This document shows, in pieces, positions 53,051 through 63,446 of a stretch of 64,000 nt of DNA. The notes under the pieces are model-generated. The model saw nothing but the letters and a program-made list of their open reading frames with translations, searched no databases and was not told the origin of the DNA. The position numbers and the translations under genes are program-made. This DNA comes from an uncultured delta proteobacterium. Lineage in GTDB: Bacteria; Myxococcota_A; Polyangia; Polyangiales; Polyangiaceae. Position 1 is the stretch's first letter; every line of letters starts with the position of its first letter. Where the stretch lies: NCBI GenBank assembly GCA_963696385.1, contig CAVOKF010000005.1, positions 640,001 to 704,000 of the forward strand. Direction: 5' to 3'.

Positions 53051-55177
53051 ATGGCTGACTTTCTCCTGCTGATTCCCACCGGCCCTAAGGTGGGCCTGAC
53101 GACCGTGGCCATTGGCCTCGTTCGTGCGTTCGAGCGAGAAGGCATTCGGGTTGGGTTCGCCAAACCGATCGCGCAGCCGCGCTTGGGAGGGTCCTGCGAA
53201 TCCGAGCGATCCACGGAGATTATCCGTGCGACGACGCACCTTGACACTCCGGAGCCTGTCACGCGCGAGCACGCGGAGCGGGCCATGCGCGAGGGCAATG
53301 AGCAGCGCTTGATGGAGGAAGTGGTCGCCCGAGTCCGGTCCATCCGAGAAAACGCCGACGTGGTGGTCGTCGAGGGCCTTGTCCCCACCGAGGACATGCC
53401 GTTCGCGACTCAGTTGAACGCAAGTCTGGGGCGGACCCTCGACGCCGACCTCATCTTCGTGAGCGCACCCACCGACGCAAGCCCGGATGCGCTGGTGCAA
53501 TCCGTTCAGCTGACGGCCCGCAGTTACCCATCCGATCGCATCGCGGGCGTGATCCTCAACAAAGTGCCCGAGGTTCTGCGACCGTCTGCCACGCCCACCT
53601 CGATGAAGTTTTCTTCCTATCCTCCGCCGCCCGCTCCTGCCTCGACGTGCGCCTATGCGGGCAGCCTGCGCACGGCCGGGTATGTATGCATAGGATCCAT
53701 TCCGCGTCGCGATCTTCTCGGAGCGCCGCGCGTGCGAGACCTTGCGCGAGCGCTCGCTGCGAGAGTCATTCGGGCCGGCGACCTTGACCGCCGCGTGTTG
53801 ACCTTTCGTCTCGCGGCCATGACGGTGCCCAACTGCTTGAGCGCGATGAATCCCGGCACGCTCGTGGTCACTCCGGGCGATCGGAATGACGTCATCATGG
53901 CCACGTGCCTGATGATGCTACGAGGCGTCCCGGTTGCCGGCTTGTGGCTGGCTTGCGGTGTCGAGCCCGATGGGCGGGTGCTCGACCTGTGCGGCCGCGC
54001 ATTCGAGCTGGGGCTGCCGGTACTTCTCGTGGACGAGATGACCTTGGAGGCGACGAGCTCCTTGCTTCATCTCGACACCGAGCTGCCCGTCGATGATACC
54101 GAGCGCATCGAGTTGGTCATGAGCACGGTGGCCGATTACCTCGATCGCGATTGGATCCGCACCAAGTGGCATCGCGGGCGCATTCAGCGACTTTCGCCCC
54201 CGGCGTTCCGTTATAGGCTCATCGAGCGCGCGCATGCGGCCAATCGGCGCATCGTGCTGCCGGAAGGGGCGGAGCCTCGCACGGTGCAAGCGGCGGCCAT
54301 TTGTCACGAGCGCGGGATCGCGCGCTGCGTGCTGCTCGGCAAGCCGGCGCTGATTCGCCGTGCCGCCGCCGACCAGGGCGTGGAGCTGCCTTCCGAGATC
54401 GAGATCATCGATCCCGAGACCGTGGTCGAGCGGTACCTGGGGCCGCTGCTTGAACGCCGAAAGCACAAGGGGCTGACCGAGATCGAAGGCATCAATCAGC
54501 TCCACGACGAGGTCATCCTCGGAACGTTGATGCTCGCTGTGGGCGACGTCGATGGTCTTGTTTCAGGGGCCGTGCATACCACCGCGGACACTGTCCGTCC
54601 GGCACTCCAGTTGGTCAAAACGGCACCCGGCGTGCGCCTCGTGAGCAGCGTTTTTTTTATGTGCCTGCCCGATCAGGTCTTGGTCTACGGAGATTGCGCG
54701 ATCAACCCGCACCCCAGCGCCGAAGAGCTCGCCGACATTGCGCTTCAGTCCGCCGCGAGCGCGGAGTCGTTCGGGATCGAACCGCGGGTGGCGCTCATCA
54801 GCTATTCGACGGGAACGAGCGGCTCCGGCGCGGAGGTGGCCAAGGTGCGAGAAGCCACGGCCCTTGCCCGGGCCCGCAGGCCGGACCTGCTGATCGACGG
54901 ACCTCTGCAGTACGACGCGGCGGTCATGCCGGACGTCGCGTTCGCGAAAGCCCCCGGAAGCCCGGTCGCGGGACGTGCGACCGTGATTGTATTTCCCGAT
55001 CTCAATACGGGGAACACAACGTACAAGGCCGTGCAGCGATCGGCGAAAGTCGTCTCCATTGGCCCGATGCTGCAAGGGCTTGCCAAGCCAGTCAACGACC
55101 TTTCGCGCGGCGCGCTGGTGGACGATATCGTCTACACGATTGCGCTCACCGCAATTCAATCCGTAGCGTGTATGTGA
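53051..55177 (+). CDS. pta: phosphate acetyltransferase (long form)
   Basis: N-terminal BioD-like and TPGDRND domains; RIVLPEG, SGAVHTTA, DGPLQYDAA, FPDLNTGN, PVNDLSRG. Confidence 0.95.
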   Translation: MADFLLLIPTGPKVGLTTVAIGLVRAFEREGIRVGFAKPIAQPRLGGSCESERSTEIIRATTHLDTPEPVTREHAERAMREGNEQRLMEEVVARVRSIRENADVVVVEGLVPTEDMPFATQLNASLGRTLDADLIFVSAPTDASPDALVQSVQLTARSYPSDRIAGVILNKVPEVLRPSATPTSMKFSSYPPPPAPASTCAYAGSLRTAGYVCIGSIPRRDLLGAPRVRDLARALAARVIRAGDLDRRVLTFRLAAMTVPNCLSAMNPGTLVVTPGDRNDVIMATCLMMLRGVPVAGLWLACGVEPDGRVLDLCGRAFELGLPVLLVDEMTLEATSSLLHLDTELPVDDTERIELVMSTVADYLDRDWIRTKWHRGRIQRLSPPAFRYRLIERAHAANRRIVLPEGAEPRTVQAAAICHERGIARCVLLGKPALIRRAAADQGVELPSEIEIIDPETVVERYLGPLLERRKHKGLTEIEGINQLHDEVILGTLMLAVGDVDGLVSGAVHTTADTVRPALQLVKTAPGVRLVSSVFFMCLPDQVLVYGDCAINPHPSAEELADIALQSAASAESFGIEPRVALISYSTGTSGSGAEVAKVREATALARARRPDLLIDGPLQYDAAVMPDVAFAKAPGSPVAGRATVIVFPDLNTGNTTYKAVQRSAKVVSIGPMLQGLAKPVNDLSRGALVDDIVYTIALTAIQSVACM

Positions 55178-55522
55178 ACCGACTCATTCGCCTGCTCAAA
55201 TCGGCTCGCCGTTCGGGTGGGCGAGAGGCGCGGCCACGTTGAGGATGATACGCTTCCAGCGGTTTGGACGCCCCGGTCGAGCCCGCTGGGCCGCCGCAAA
55301 CGATCGCGCTCACGATGTCCCGATGACACCCACCATCTCAGCGAGGACGCTCGAGACGGCGAGCGCGAGTGGCGTGTGGTCGCGCGTCCGACCCACAATC
55401 AACGCATCCGGCGTGGCGCCCAGCCTCGAGCAGAAGCTCGGCGATCCGGCCGGCGTTGCTCGCAGACCGCTGGCTTTCGCACGCGCCCCTTGCTGGCACA
55501 CGGTTAGAATGGGTGGGGACAT

Positions 55523-56077
55523 TTGAATCGGCCACGCGTCGGGGTGCGAGCGTCAGATGGGCGTACGGCGGTTCGTTGGGCCATTAGCATGCTGGCGATC
55601 GGGGGCTCAAGTTGCGGACCCGGTACTCGGCCGCTAGCCACCGTGATTGAAGCCGCCAACGACGCGGGGGTGGACGACTCGGGTACCTATCATTCCCCCA
55701 GTGCGTACACGTGCTGCGGTCCCGGAGAGGGACTGACGTGCTGCTCCGCGCGTGCAGGACTCCTGGGGTACGACCTCGAGCCGGACGGAGCGATTGTTCC
55801 GGTCGGTGATCTTCAAGCAGGACCGGAAGCCAACTGCTTTCCATACGGTGGAATTGTCGGCACGTGCGCCGACGACAGCGATACGTTCGCGGGGGAGGAC
55901 CCTTGCACGATATGTTGTGCTGGCCTGACGCGCGTGAACGTGTCGGTAGCCGACGACGACGCTGGCCCAAATGCCTGCCAGCCCGTCTTGGCTTTGTTCA
56001 CGTGTCTTCCGTGCGGGAACGGGATATGTGAGCGTCCGGAGGAGAATCGCTGTACATGTCCCGCAGATTGCCCCTAA
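55523..56077 (+). CDS. Cys-rich exported protein (start uncertain)
   Basis: CC pairs; C-terminal CGNGIC...ENRCTCPADCP myxobacterial-type repeat. Confidence 0.6.
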   Translation: MNRPRVGVRASDGRTAVRWAISMLAIGGSSCGPGTRPLATVIEAANDAGVDDSGTYHSPSAYTCCGPGEGLTCCSARAGLLGYDLEPDGAIVPVGDLQAGPEANCFPYGGIVGTCADDSDTFAGEDPCTICCAGLTRVNVSVADDDAGPNACQPVLALFTCLPCGNGICERPEENRCTCPADCP

Positions 56078-56249
56078 TTCTCAAGATCGGCGAGAACAGG
56101 AAGGACGGGTCGACCGACCTCGGCGCCTTGGTACACCAGGGCCAGCTCCGCGAGGATGGCCTTTGCGAGCGCGCTCTCTGGCGGGTGCTCACTCGATGGG
56201 TAGCCCGAGCCCATCGGCCGCCTTTCCTTCGCGCCGGAGAAGGGTCGCG

Positions 56250-56467
56250 GACCCGGGAGGAAGTTGTCGTGAGATAGGCACAATTTGTGCACAACCGACG
56301 TACGGGACGGCATACCAATCAAGGTTCCACTCAAAAACTTCCCCGCCATATCCAGCTGACCCCAGTAGCCAGTTCCCGGCGTCGCCGTCCCCACCGGCGG
56401 GAGGGTCGGCGGGTTGGCCGGGTAGTTGAAGTCATAGATCGCGTACTGGTTCGCCGTCCCCGGATCG
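56250..56467 (-). pseudogene. frameshifted C-terminal fragment of an FGE-sulfatase (SUMF1) domain protein
   Basis: Across three frames: PVGTATPGTGYWGQLDMAG / EVFEWNLDWY / CTNCAYLTTTSSRV. Confidence 0.75.
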
Positions 56468-57805
56468 TCACCCCCGCGCACCACACTCGGGCATTCCTGC
56501 CTTGCGCAAACGAGGAACTGATTGCGGGCTTCGACGAGCTTGTGAGCATCTCGCAACGTCTGGCCCTGCGACGACCTGCGGTGAAGGCGCAGGGGCGGTC
56601 GCCGGAGCGGTTCGAAACGGCGAGCTTGCAGCCTCCGGTGCCCCGACCGCCGTGGCAATCGTGGCAGGTTCGACCGCCCGACGGTGCGTGAACCAAACGC
56701 CCGCGCCGACCGCGACGCTCACCCCCACGATGCCGATGAGGCTCACGATAGCCGTCCGTCCACGCGGCCGGATCGTCGCCGTCCGACCGACCGGAGCCAC
56801 CGTCTCCGGCGCGACCATCGTCGCCGCGCCCGACTGCGGCGAGGGCGGCAGAGCCAGGGCACTCGCCGAAAGCCCCGCCGCTTGGAGGATCCCCGTGATG
56901 CGTTCAACCGAGCCCTTGGCGCGCTTGGGGCCGAACTCCAGCAACGCCACGGCCAATTCGGCCACGTTGCGATACCGCTGGCGTCGGTCCTTCTCCAGGC
57001 ACTTCAAGACGATCGCTTCGAGCTCGCTCGGTACGTCCGGACGAAAGGTGCGAATCGCGGGCGGCGGTTCGTTGGCGACCCGGATCGCCAGTTCCGTCAC
57101 CGACTCGCCCAAAAATACCGGGCGACCCGTGATGAGCTCGAAGAGGATGACGCCGAGCGCCCAAAGGTCCGTCCGCGCATCGACGTCTTTGGCCGAACGC
57201 ATTTGCTCGGGCGACATGTAAAGAGGCGACCCCATCAAGGCCGACGTCCCGGTGGCCGCCCCCGCCGCAGCCCCGCTCCGGTCGGTCATCTTCGAGATGC
57301 CGAAGTCGAGCACCTTGATCGACAACTGCCCGTCCGAGCGCCGGACGCAGAAGAGATTCGCGGGCTTCGAATCCCGGTGAACGATTCCGAGCGCGTGCGC
57401 GTCCGCCACGGCGACACACGCCTGAAGCACGAACTCGACCGCCTGCTCGATGGGCAGCGCGCCTCGCTGCTTGAGCCACGCGGCCAGATCCCCGCCTTCC
57501 AGATACTCCATCACGATGTACGGCGCGCCGTTCGGAAGCGTGCCGACATCGATGATTCGCGCGACGTGCTCGCTCTTGATCTTCACCGCGGCCCGCGCTT
57601 CCCGAGCGAAGCGGGCCACGGCCTCGCGGTTGTCGAGTGCCTCCGGCAAGAGAAACTTCAGCGCCACTTTCTCGTCGAGCTGCATGTGATGCGCGGCGAC
57701 GACCACGCCCATGCCCCCGGCGCCGAGAACTCGTTCGACCCGGTATTTGCCGGCGAGGATGTCGCCTTCCCGAATGCCTGCCGCTGACTCAAAACTCCGA
57801 TTCAT
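56468..57805 (-). CDS. membrane Ser/Thr protein kinase, probably C-terminally truncated
   Basis: LGAGGMGVV, VALK, HRDSKPAN, DFG, GSPLYMSPEQ, TM IVSLIGIVGVSVAVGAGVWF. Confidence 0.9.
   Translation of the reverse strand: MNRSFESAAGIREGDILAGKYRVERVLGAGGMGVVVAAHHMQLDEKVALKFLLPEALDNREAVARFAREARAAVKIKSEHVARIIDVGTLPNGAPYIVMEYLEGGDLAAWLKQRGALPIEQAVEFVLQACVAVADAHALGIVHRDSKPANLFCVRRSDGQLSIKVLDFGISKMTDRSGAAAGAATGTSALMGSPLYMSPEQMRSAKDVDARTDLWALGVILFELITGRPVFLGESVTELAIRVANEPPPAIRTFRPDVPSELEAIVLKCLEKDRRQRYRNVAELAVALLEFGPKRAKGSVERITGILQAAGLSASALALPPSPQSGAATMVAPETVAPVGRTATIRPRGRTAIVSLIGIVGVSVAVGAGVWFTHRRAVEPATIATAVGAPEAASSPFRTAPATAPAPSPQVVAGPDVARCSQARRSPQSVPRLRKAGMPECGARG
56473..56568 (-). pseudogene. fragment of a myxobacterial TPR/PEGA-type exported protein N-terminus
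   Basis: QGQTLRDAHKLVEARNQFLVCARQECPSVVR, a motif typical of genes that follow Ser/Thr kinases in Polyangiales; no start or signal peptide. Confidence 0.55.
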
Positions 57806-58558
57806 GTCCGAGCCCACTCCCACCAGCCGAAGACCGCCGGACGCCTTGGGGGGACCATGCGCCAGCTCATCGGCTTTTGCTCCGTTCGTCAAGGCACCGC
57901 GGGCCCTATCGGGCGTGATGGGCGACGGCGTGACTCGTTGGGGATGAGGCGCCGCCCCACCGGGGCGATGAAAAAAACGGCGCCGTAGCCGCAGGGCGTT
58001 GGGCTTCCAAGTACACCCAGGTTGTGGCGACGGACCGAGGACGATTTTTCACAACGAGAGAAAAGCCCGTTGTCCCGTCGTGCCCACTGTCACCCTCTCC
58101 TCTCGTCGCCGGCGTGGCCCGCTGCGGCCTTCCTGGTCCACATCAGGACTCTAGGAGCACGTTGTCTCAGCGCAATGGCCCGGCGGTAGCAGCGTCGCGA
58201 GGTCTATCTCGGCGCCCGACACGAGATTGGTCCGGTCTCCGTCCACCCGCCCCGAATGAACGCCGTCGCCGGCGAGAACCGTCCATTAGTTGACTCTCCA
58301 TGAGAAAGTGAGCGGTTGCTGGCGCGCTGGCCCGACCGTCCACTGGCGTGCGCCAACCCGCCCGAACCGCTCCGACCGCGTCACCGAGCAATTGGTGCTG
58401 CAAATCGGAGCAAGAAAAGCGGTCGATGCGGGCATGTCACGAGACGGCCGCAAGCGCGCCACTTCTCAACAGTAACTCCCGGGTCGTCCAGGGTCGTGGG
58501 GTTGGCGAACGTGGACCGTGACTCAAGAGCAAACCTCGGAACACGCGGAGTTAGAACC

Positions 58559-59821
58559 ATGAAAGCGAAATTCACACTTGCGTCGATCCTTGCAGCCGCG
58601 GCCGTCGCCGCGCCGGCAGTCGCGAACGAAGGCCCGATCCCGCGCGGAATCCCGCATTTGGATCACGTGTTCTTCATCATGATGGAAAACCACGGGTTCA
58701 ATCAGGTGATCGGCAACCCGAGCGCTCCCTTCATGAACCGCTACGCCAGCCGCGTGAATCTCGCCACCAACTATTACGCCGTCGCGCACCCGAGCTTGAC
58801 GAACTACCTCGAGGTGACGGGCGGCTCGAACTTCGGTGTGTTGAACGATAACTCGCCCGATTGGCACGATCTCACGTGCACCCCGAACCTGGCGTCCGGA
58901 ATTACCTCGTTTGACAACGGCACATTTCCAAACATCTGCCCGATTACCGGCACGGGCACGGATGCGGCGACTCCGGTGATCGACACCTTCAACGAGACGA
59001 GCCCGCCGCAGATCACGGCGGTGACCGAGATCGACGGCAAGATGTCGATTCCGGCTGCGACGAACATCTCGGGCAAGACCATCGCCGACCAGCTCGTGGC
59101 GGTGAACGGCTCGTGGCGCAGCTACCAGCAGAATCTGTCGCCCTCGGGCGCCGACAAGGTGGACTACAGCGACGGCTACTACGACAACAATTCGAACTCG
59201 ACGCTCGCCACGCTGTTCGGCGCAACGGCCACCACCAACGTCGTGCACCTCTACGCCGTGAAGCATGACCCGTTTCCGTATTTCCTCAGCGTGCAAGAGG
59301 CCCCGGCTGGGTCGCCGCTCGGGCTCGACAACATCGTCAGCTTCGAGGGGGCGCACGGGCTGTTCGATGACCTCGAGAGCGGCCGCGTGCCGAACTTCTC
59401 GTTCATCGTCCCCGACCAGTGCCACGACCAGCACGGCTCGAACAGCGGGACGCAAGCCTGTTTCGAGGACCCGGACGACCAAGGAACGCTCGTCGGCTTG
59501 AATCCCGGTCTCATCTACCAGGGCGACCTCACTCTTCGCGGCCTCGTCCGCGCCATTCACGATTCGCCGGCGTGGACGTCCGGCCACAACGCGATCGTGA
59601 TCACTTGGGACGAAAACGACTACAGCGCGGCGCCCTACCCCAACCGGGTCGCGCTGACCGTCGACACGAACTACGGCGTGCACGGCGTTCAGAGCGCGGC
59701 TTTTTACACGCACTTCGCTCTCCTTCGTTCGCTCGAGGGCGGCTTCGGTCTGCCGTGCCTGAACCACGCTTGCGACGAGTCGTCCGAGTCGATGGTCGAC
59801 CTCTTCGCTGAGCACCGCTAA
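58559..59821 (+). CDS. secreted phosphoesterase (acid phosphatase/phospholipase C family)
   Basis: Signal peptide; HVFFIMMENH, HPSLTNY, KHDPF, CHDQH, ITWDE, YTHFALLRSLE. Confidence 0.88.
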   Translation: MKAKFTLASILAAAAVAAPAVANEGPIPRGIPHLDHVFFIMMENHGFNQVIGNPSAPFMNRYASRVNLATNYYAVAHPSLTNYLEVTGGSNFGVLNDNSPDWHDLTCTPNLASGITSFDNGTFPNICPITGTGTDAATPVIDTFNETSPPQITAVTEIDGKMSIPAATNISGKTIADQLVAVNGSWRSYQQNLSPSGADKVDYSDGYYDNNSNSTLATLFGATATTNVVHLYAVKHDPFPYFLSVQEAPAGSPLGLDNIVSFEGAHGLFDDLESGRVPNFSFIVPDQCHDQHGSNSGTQACFEDPDDQGTLVGLNPGLIYQGDLTLRGLVRAIHDSPAWTSGHNAIVITWDENDYSAAPYPNRVALTVDTNYGVHGVQSAAFYTHFALLRSLEGGFGLPCLNHACDESSESMVDLFAEHR

Positions 59822-60137
59822 CTCTCGCGTTTGCGCGGAGTGCGCCTTGGCTTGCGTCGCCAGGGCGCACGTGCCCTCGCGCGCCTTGAGGCTGCACACT
59901 GTTCCCGTCGCGGCGCGCGTTCGCGGCGTCCGAAGGGCGGTCACCCGAGAAGCTAAAACGCGGAGGTGCTCGCGCTCGGAGTGCCCGCGCGGCCCTGAAT
60001 TGTATACTGGACCGTGGACATGACCAAGATCGATCAGGATGGGCAGCCTCACGAATCGGAGGTCTATGCCATTGCGCTCGAACACCGACCTTAGGTATGC
60101 GCGGCGCCCCTTGACTACGATTCGGGAGACCTCTTCG

Positions 60138-60953
60138 ATGCAACCTTACGTGATCCGACAAGGCGATTTTCTGGACCAATTAGCGTATCAGTTCGGGTTC
60201 GACGCGGACACGGTGTGGAACGACCCGGCGAACGGAAAGCTCACCGCTATCCGAAAAGACCCGAACATTTTGGCGCCCACCGACGTCCTCTACATTCCAG
60301 AGGACGCCGGGTCGACAGCTGCCGTGCACAAACTCGCGACGGGCCAGACAAATACTTTCGTTGCCAATCCACCCAAAGTCACGATTTCCGTGAAGTTCGC
60401 CGACACCGATGCGTCGTCGTACGCGTCCAAGGCATTCACCGTAGCGGAGCTCGCAGACCTCGCCGGGTTGACGACCGACGGCGACGGCGTCGCGTCGTTC
60501 CAGGCTCCCGTCCCGCTAACCACCGCCACCGTGACGTTCACCGAGTCAGGGGAGACGTGGAGGCTTTGCATCGGCTCGCTCGACCCTGTCAACACGATTT
60601 CGGGCATTTTCCAGCGCCTGCAGAACCTCGGCTACATTCCTTTGAGCGCGCAGGTGAACGGAGACGATCTCACGCTCCTGCGCAGGGGCCTCTACTACTT
60701 CACGTCGCAACAAACTCCGCCGCCTCCCGACGCCGGGGACGACGGTAATTCCGAGCAGGACGACGATTCCGTCGAGAACGGCGATGCGAGCGGGAGCGCG
60801 GACACCGCAGACGACGCCGACACCGCATCCGGCGACGACTCCGCGAACCTGTCGTTCGCGGACGACCTCTGCTCCGACGATTGCGGCCTCTCGGACGATG
60901 GCACGCTCGAACCCCAGCTCCAATCGTCGCTGCTTCAGCGCCACGGCGGATAA
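60138..60953 (+). CDS. LysM-like plus peptidoglycan-binding-like domain protein
   Basis: YVIRQGDFL...WNDPAN...PNILAPTDVLYIP; GSLDP...RLQNLGY; ends GLSDDGTL...LLQRHGG. Confidence 0.75.
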   Translation: MQPYVIRQGDFLDQLAYQFGFDADTVWNDPANGKLTAIRKDPNILAPTDVLYIPEDAGSTAAVHKLATGQTNTFVANPPKVTISVKFADTDASSYASKAFTVAELADLAGLTTDGDGVASFQAPVPLTTATVTFTESGETWRLCIGSLDPVNTISGIFQRLQNLGYIPLSAQVNGDDLTLLRRGLYYFTSQQTPPPPDAGDDGNSEQDDDSVENGDASGSADTADDADTASGDDSANLSFADDLCSDDCGLSDDGTLEPQLQSSLLQRHGG

Positions 60954-61010
60954 TTCGAGCGATCGAGGGATTCGAGACCGGACTGGCACCCGGTGCGTCG
61001 GGCCCTCCGT

Positions 61011-61937
61011 TCACGGTTTGCAGGTGGTCGCCAACTCTTGCTGGACCTTTTCGGGCACCGGCTCGTTCGTGTCGTCAACGCTGACCGTGAGATGCCCCGT
61101 CTTTCGACTCACGGTGTAGTCGACGCGTCCCTCGAATCGGTCGTGCGTGTGAACGCCGATGCTCGCGCTGAACGTTCCGTCGCCGTTGTCCTGCGGTCCG
61201 ACGCCCCCGACGGCCTGATCGTCCGTGGATGCCTCGATGAGCCCGTCCACGAGCCGTTTCACGCGCGGAAGCGCGTTTACTGCGCGAGAAGCCGCCTCTT
61301 CGCACCGCTCCGCTAGGAGCGCGGACCAGGCCGCCTGCGTGCACGCATCCGTGGTCGCTTGCCCGCCCTGGCCGCTGTCGTCGGCCTCTTCGAGAATGCG
61401 CAGCTCGCCGTGCTCGGAATCCTGTCGCAGCACGATACGCGCGGGCGTATCGCGGAGTCGCGCTGCCGGGCCCGAGCGCTTCGCGAAGCGAGCCACCAGG
61501 AAGGCGCCCGGCGCCTGCCCGACCTCCACGTCCCCGACGATTTGCTGTCGAAACGAGCTGCCAGCGCCCAGCGCCTCCTTCTTATGGGCGAGCACCTTGT
61601 CCATGGTGATAACGTGCCCGTAATAACAGACGCGGGGAAAATACAGGTCCGCGAGCCCGGAGGCGTCATGCAAATCAAGGGCCTCATTCCATGCTTTGAC
61701 TCGAGCCGAGACGCGCGACACGGCTGTGCCGAACGGCAGCCGATCTGCCAAAGCAGCAGGCGCCGCGAACGAGGATGGCGAAGCAGCAGGCGCCGCGAAC
61801 GAGGCACCAGGCGCCGCGAATCCAGTTGCGGAGGCGGCGGTGCCCACCGCGGACGGCGCGGAGTCGGAGGTCTGACTGGAGTTGCGCGAGCATGCCGTGA
61901 GCAGCACAGTCGCTAGAATACGAGCTCGAGTCGTCAT
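61011..61937 (-). CDS. hypothetical lipoprotein (candidate immunity protein)
   Basis: LLTAC lipobox, FAAP repeats, NTF2-like segment WNEALDLHDASGLADLY; starts 13 bp after the upstream gene. Confidence 0.75.
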   Translation of the reverse strand: MTTRARILATVLLTACSRNSSQTSDSAPSAVGTAASATGFAAPGASFAAPAASPSSFAAPAALADRLPFGTAVSRVSARVKAWNEALDLHDASGLADLYFPRVCYYGHVITMDKVLAHKKEALGAGSSFRQQIVGDVEVGQAPGAFLVARFAKRSGPAARLRDTPARIVLRQDSEHGELRILEEADDSGQGGQATTDACTQAAWSALLAERCEEAASRAVNALPRVKRLVDGLIEASTDDQAVGGVGPQDNGDGTFSASIGVHTHDRFEGRVDYTVSRKTGHLTVSVDDTNEPVPEKVQQELATTCKP

Positions 61938-61950
61938 GAGCGGAGGGCGG

Positions 61951-63057
61951 CTAGGGTAGGGATTGGTTCGAAACTGCCGGAGCCTCGGTGGGAGCGACGA
62001 TCGGCCCCAAGGTCTGATCGATCCTCTGTTTGGATCTCCTCATGCCGGCCTGGTAGTCCGATTCGTTCGCCGTATAGTAGTGCATCGTATGGAGAATGTG
62101 CGCCACCTGGTCTGTGTCTCCAGCGAGAATGGCCGGGAGGTAGTCCGCGTTCTTGCTTGCGTACTTCTGGTGCAACGTGACGTACCGATTCAGGCCGTCG
62201 GATAGAGAGTCGTAGGCGCGGAACCGGGACGCCGCGTGAGGCGGGTCAAAGACGACGATGACCTGAGTGTCCTTGCAACGCCAACCGTGAGCCTTCTTCT
62301 CATCGTCTGTCGCGATACGGGCAAGGTCGCCGGCGGCCGCCACCGCTTTGGCGGCGCCGTCCGGAGTCGTCACCTCCCATACGCCGTGAAGATACATGTG
62401 AGGCTGGTCCGCCGTTGCTTTGACGTTTCCGGCATTGTAGTTGTACATGTATTTGCCAAAGGCCGTCTCCGCACCCCATTGGGACGCCAGCGTTCGCGCC
62501 CCAAGCTCAGTCAGGTCGGGCCAGCTCGCTCTGAGTTGAGTGACGACCTCGGCGATGGATGGCGTCGTTCGTACCGTCGTTCGTTCGTTGGCGTTCGTGG
62601 TGTATTTTTTGCGATCGCCCTGCGCCAATATCGTGGTTTTCGGCGCAGGAGGCGGAGTTCCCGGCGGTGCGGGCGGTCCCGGAGCAATGGGCAGCGGGGG
62701 AGGAGTGGCCGATATCGTGTACGAAGCATTCGGAGAAGCAGAGGAGTCCGCAGGCGAGACGTTCCCCTCGGAAGCGATGTAAACGCCCTGGCAAAATGCC
62801 CCGTGAGAGGTCTGCGGCAATGCAGGCGAGTCCGACGGCAGCGTGACTGACCACGCAAAGGCGACCTCTCCTCGTCTTCCAGAGTAGGTCACCGTGCCTT
62901 CGAGTTTCCCGAGTGTCGGCTCGAGCGAGAGGCTGACGACAGCGCCGGGAGCAAGCGAATCCGGTGGCGGAGTCGTAAAGCCTCCCCATATTAGGCTACT
63001 GCCCGAGAAGGTGATCGCCTCTCCGGTCTGGTTCGAGATCGCGAGAATCCACGGCAT
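61951..63057 (-). CDS. aegerolysin/Cry34-like N-domain, Pro linker and GH73/lysozyme-like peptidoglycan hydrolase domain
   Basis: ISNQT...WGGFTTPPPDSLAPG...EGTVTY...FAW; SQWGAETAFG...NYNAGNVKA...FRAYDSLSDG...YYTA. Confidence 0.7.
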   Translation of the reverse strand: MPWILAISNQTGEAITFSGSSLIWGGFTTPPPDSLAPGAVVSLSLEPTLGKLEGTVTYSGRRGEVAFAWSVTLPSDSPALPQTSHGAFCQGVYIASEGNVSPADSSASPNASYTISATPPPLPIAPGPPAPPGTPPPAPKTTILAQGDRKKYTTNANERTTVRTTPSIAEVVTQLRASWPDLTELGARTLASQWGAETAFGKYMYNYNAGNVKATADQPHMYLHGVWEVTTPDGAAKAVAAAGDLARIATDDEKKAHGWRCKDTQVIVVFDPPHAASRFRAYDSLSDGLNRYVTLHQKYASKNADYLPAILAGDTDQVAHILHTMHYYTANESDYQAGMRRSKQRIDQTLGPIVAPTEAPAVSNQSLP

Positions 63058-63446
63058 GGCGCCCGCCGAGACAATAGGGCTCGCCCCCTCATCTGCCAAG
63101 GCGTTTCGACGGCGTTCCTGTGCCTTCGACAGCCGGCGCCTCGCGTCGATCCGAGAGAATCTCGAGGTTGGCTCTCGTCGCCTGGTGCACGTCGCTGAGA
63201 CGCGCGAGCCCACCTCGGCTTCGGTGACCCAACAGCCGACAAACGCCACCGGCTTGGGCGTCGGGCCGCGCTTCATCGTCCATGGCATCGCGCTAGCCGC
63301 TTGCGTGTGGTTCCAACTACCATCAGCTCCTTCGCAGTCGGCAGGCGACCGTCTGCATCTCGAACTCCCACTCGTGAACCTCCGCACTACCGTGTCCGTG
63401 GCATCGAAGGGAGAGGATGGGGCGGTCTACTCGCTCGGCAAGTTGC

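Noticed and set aside
59995..60010. CTGAATTGTATACTGG as a possible LexA box
   Set aside because: Several mismatches to both the E. coli and myxobacterial consensus as I recall them
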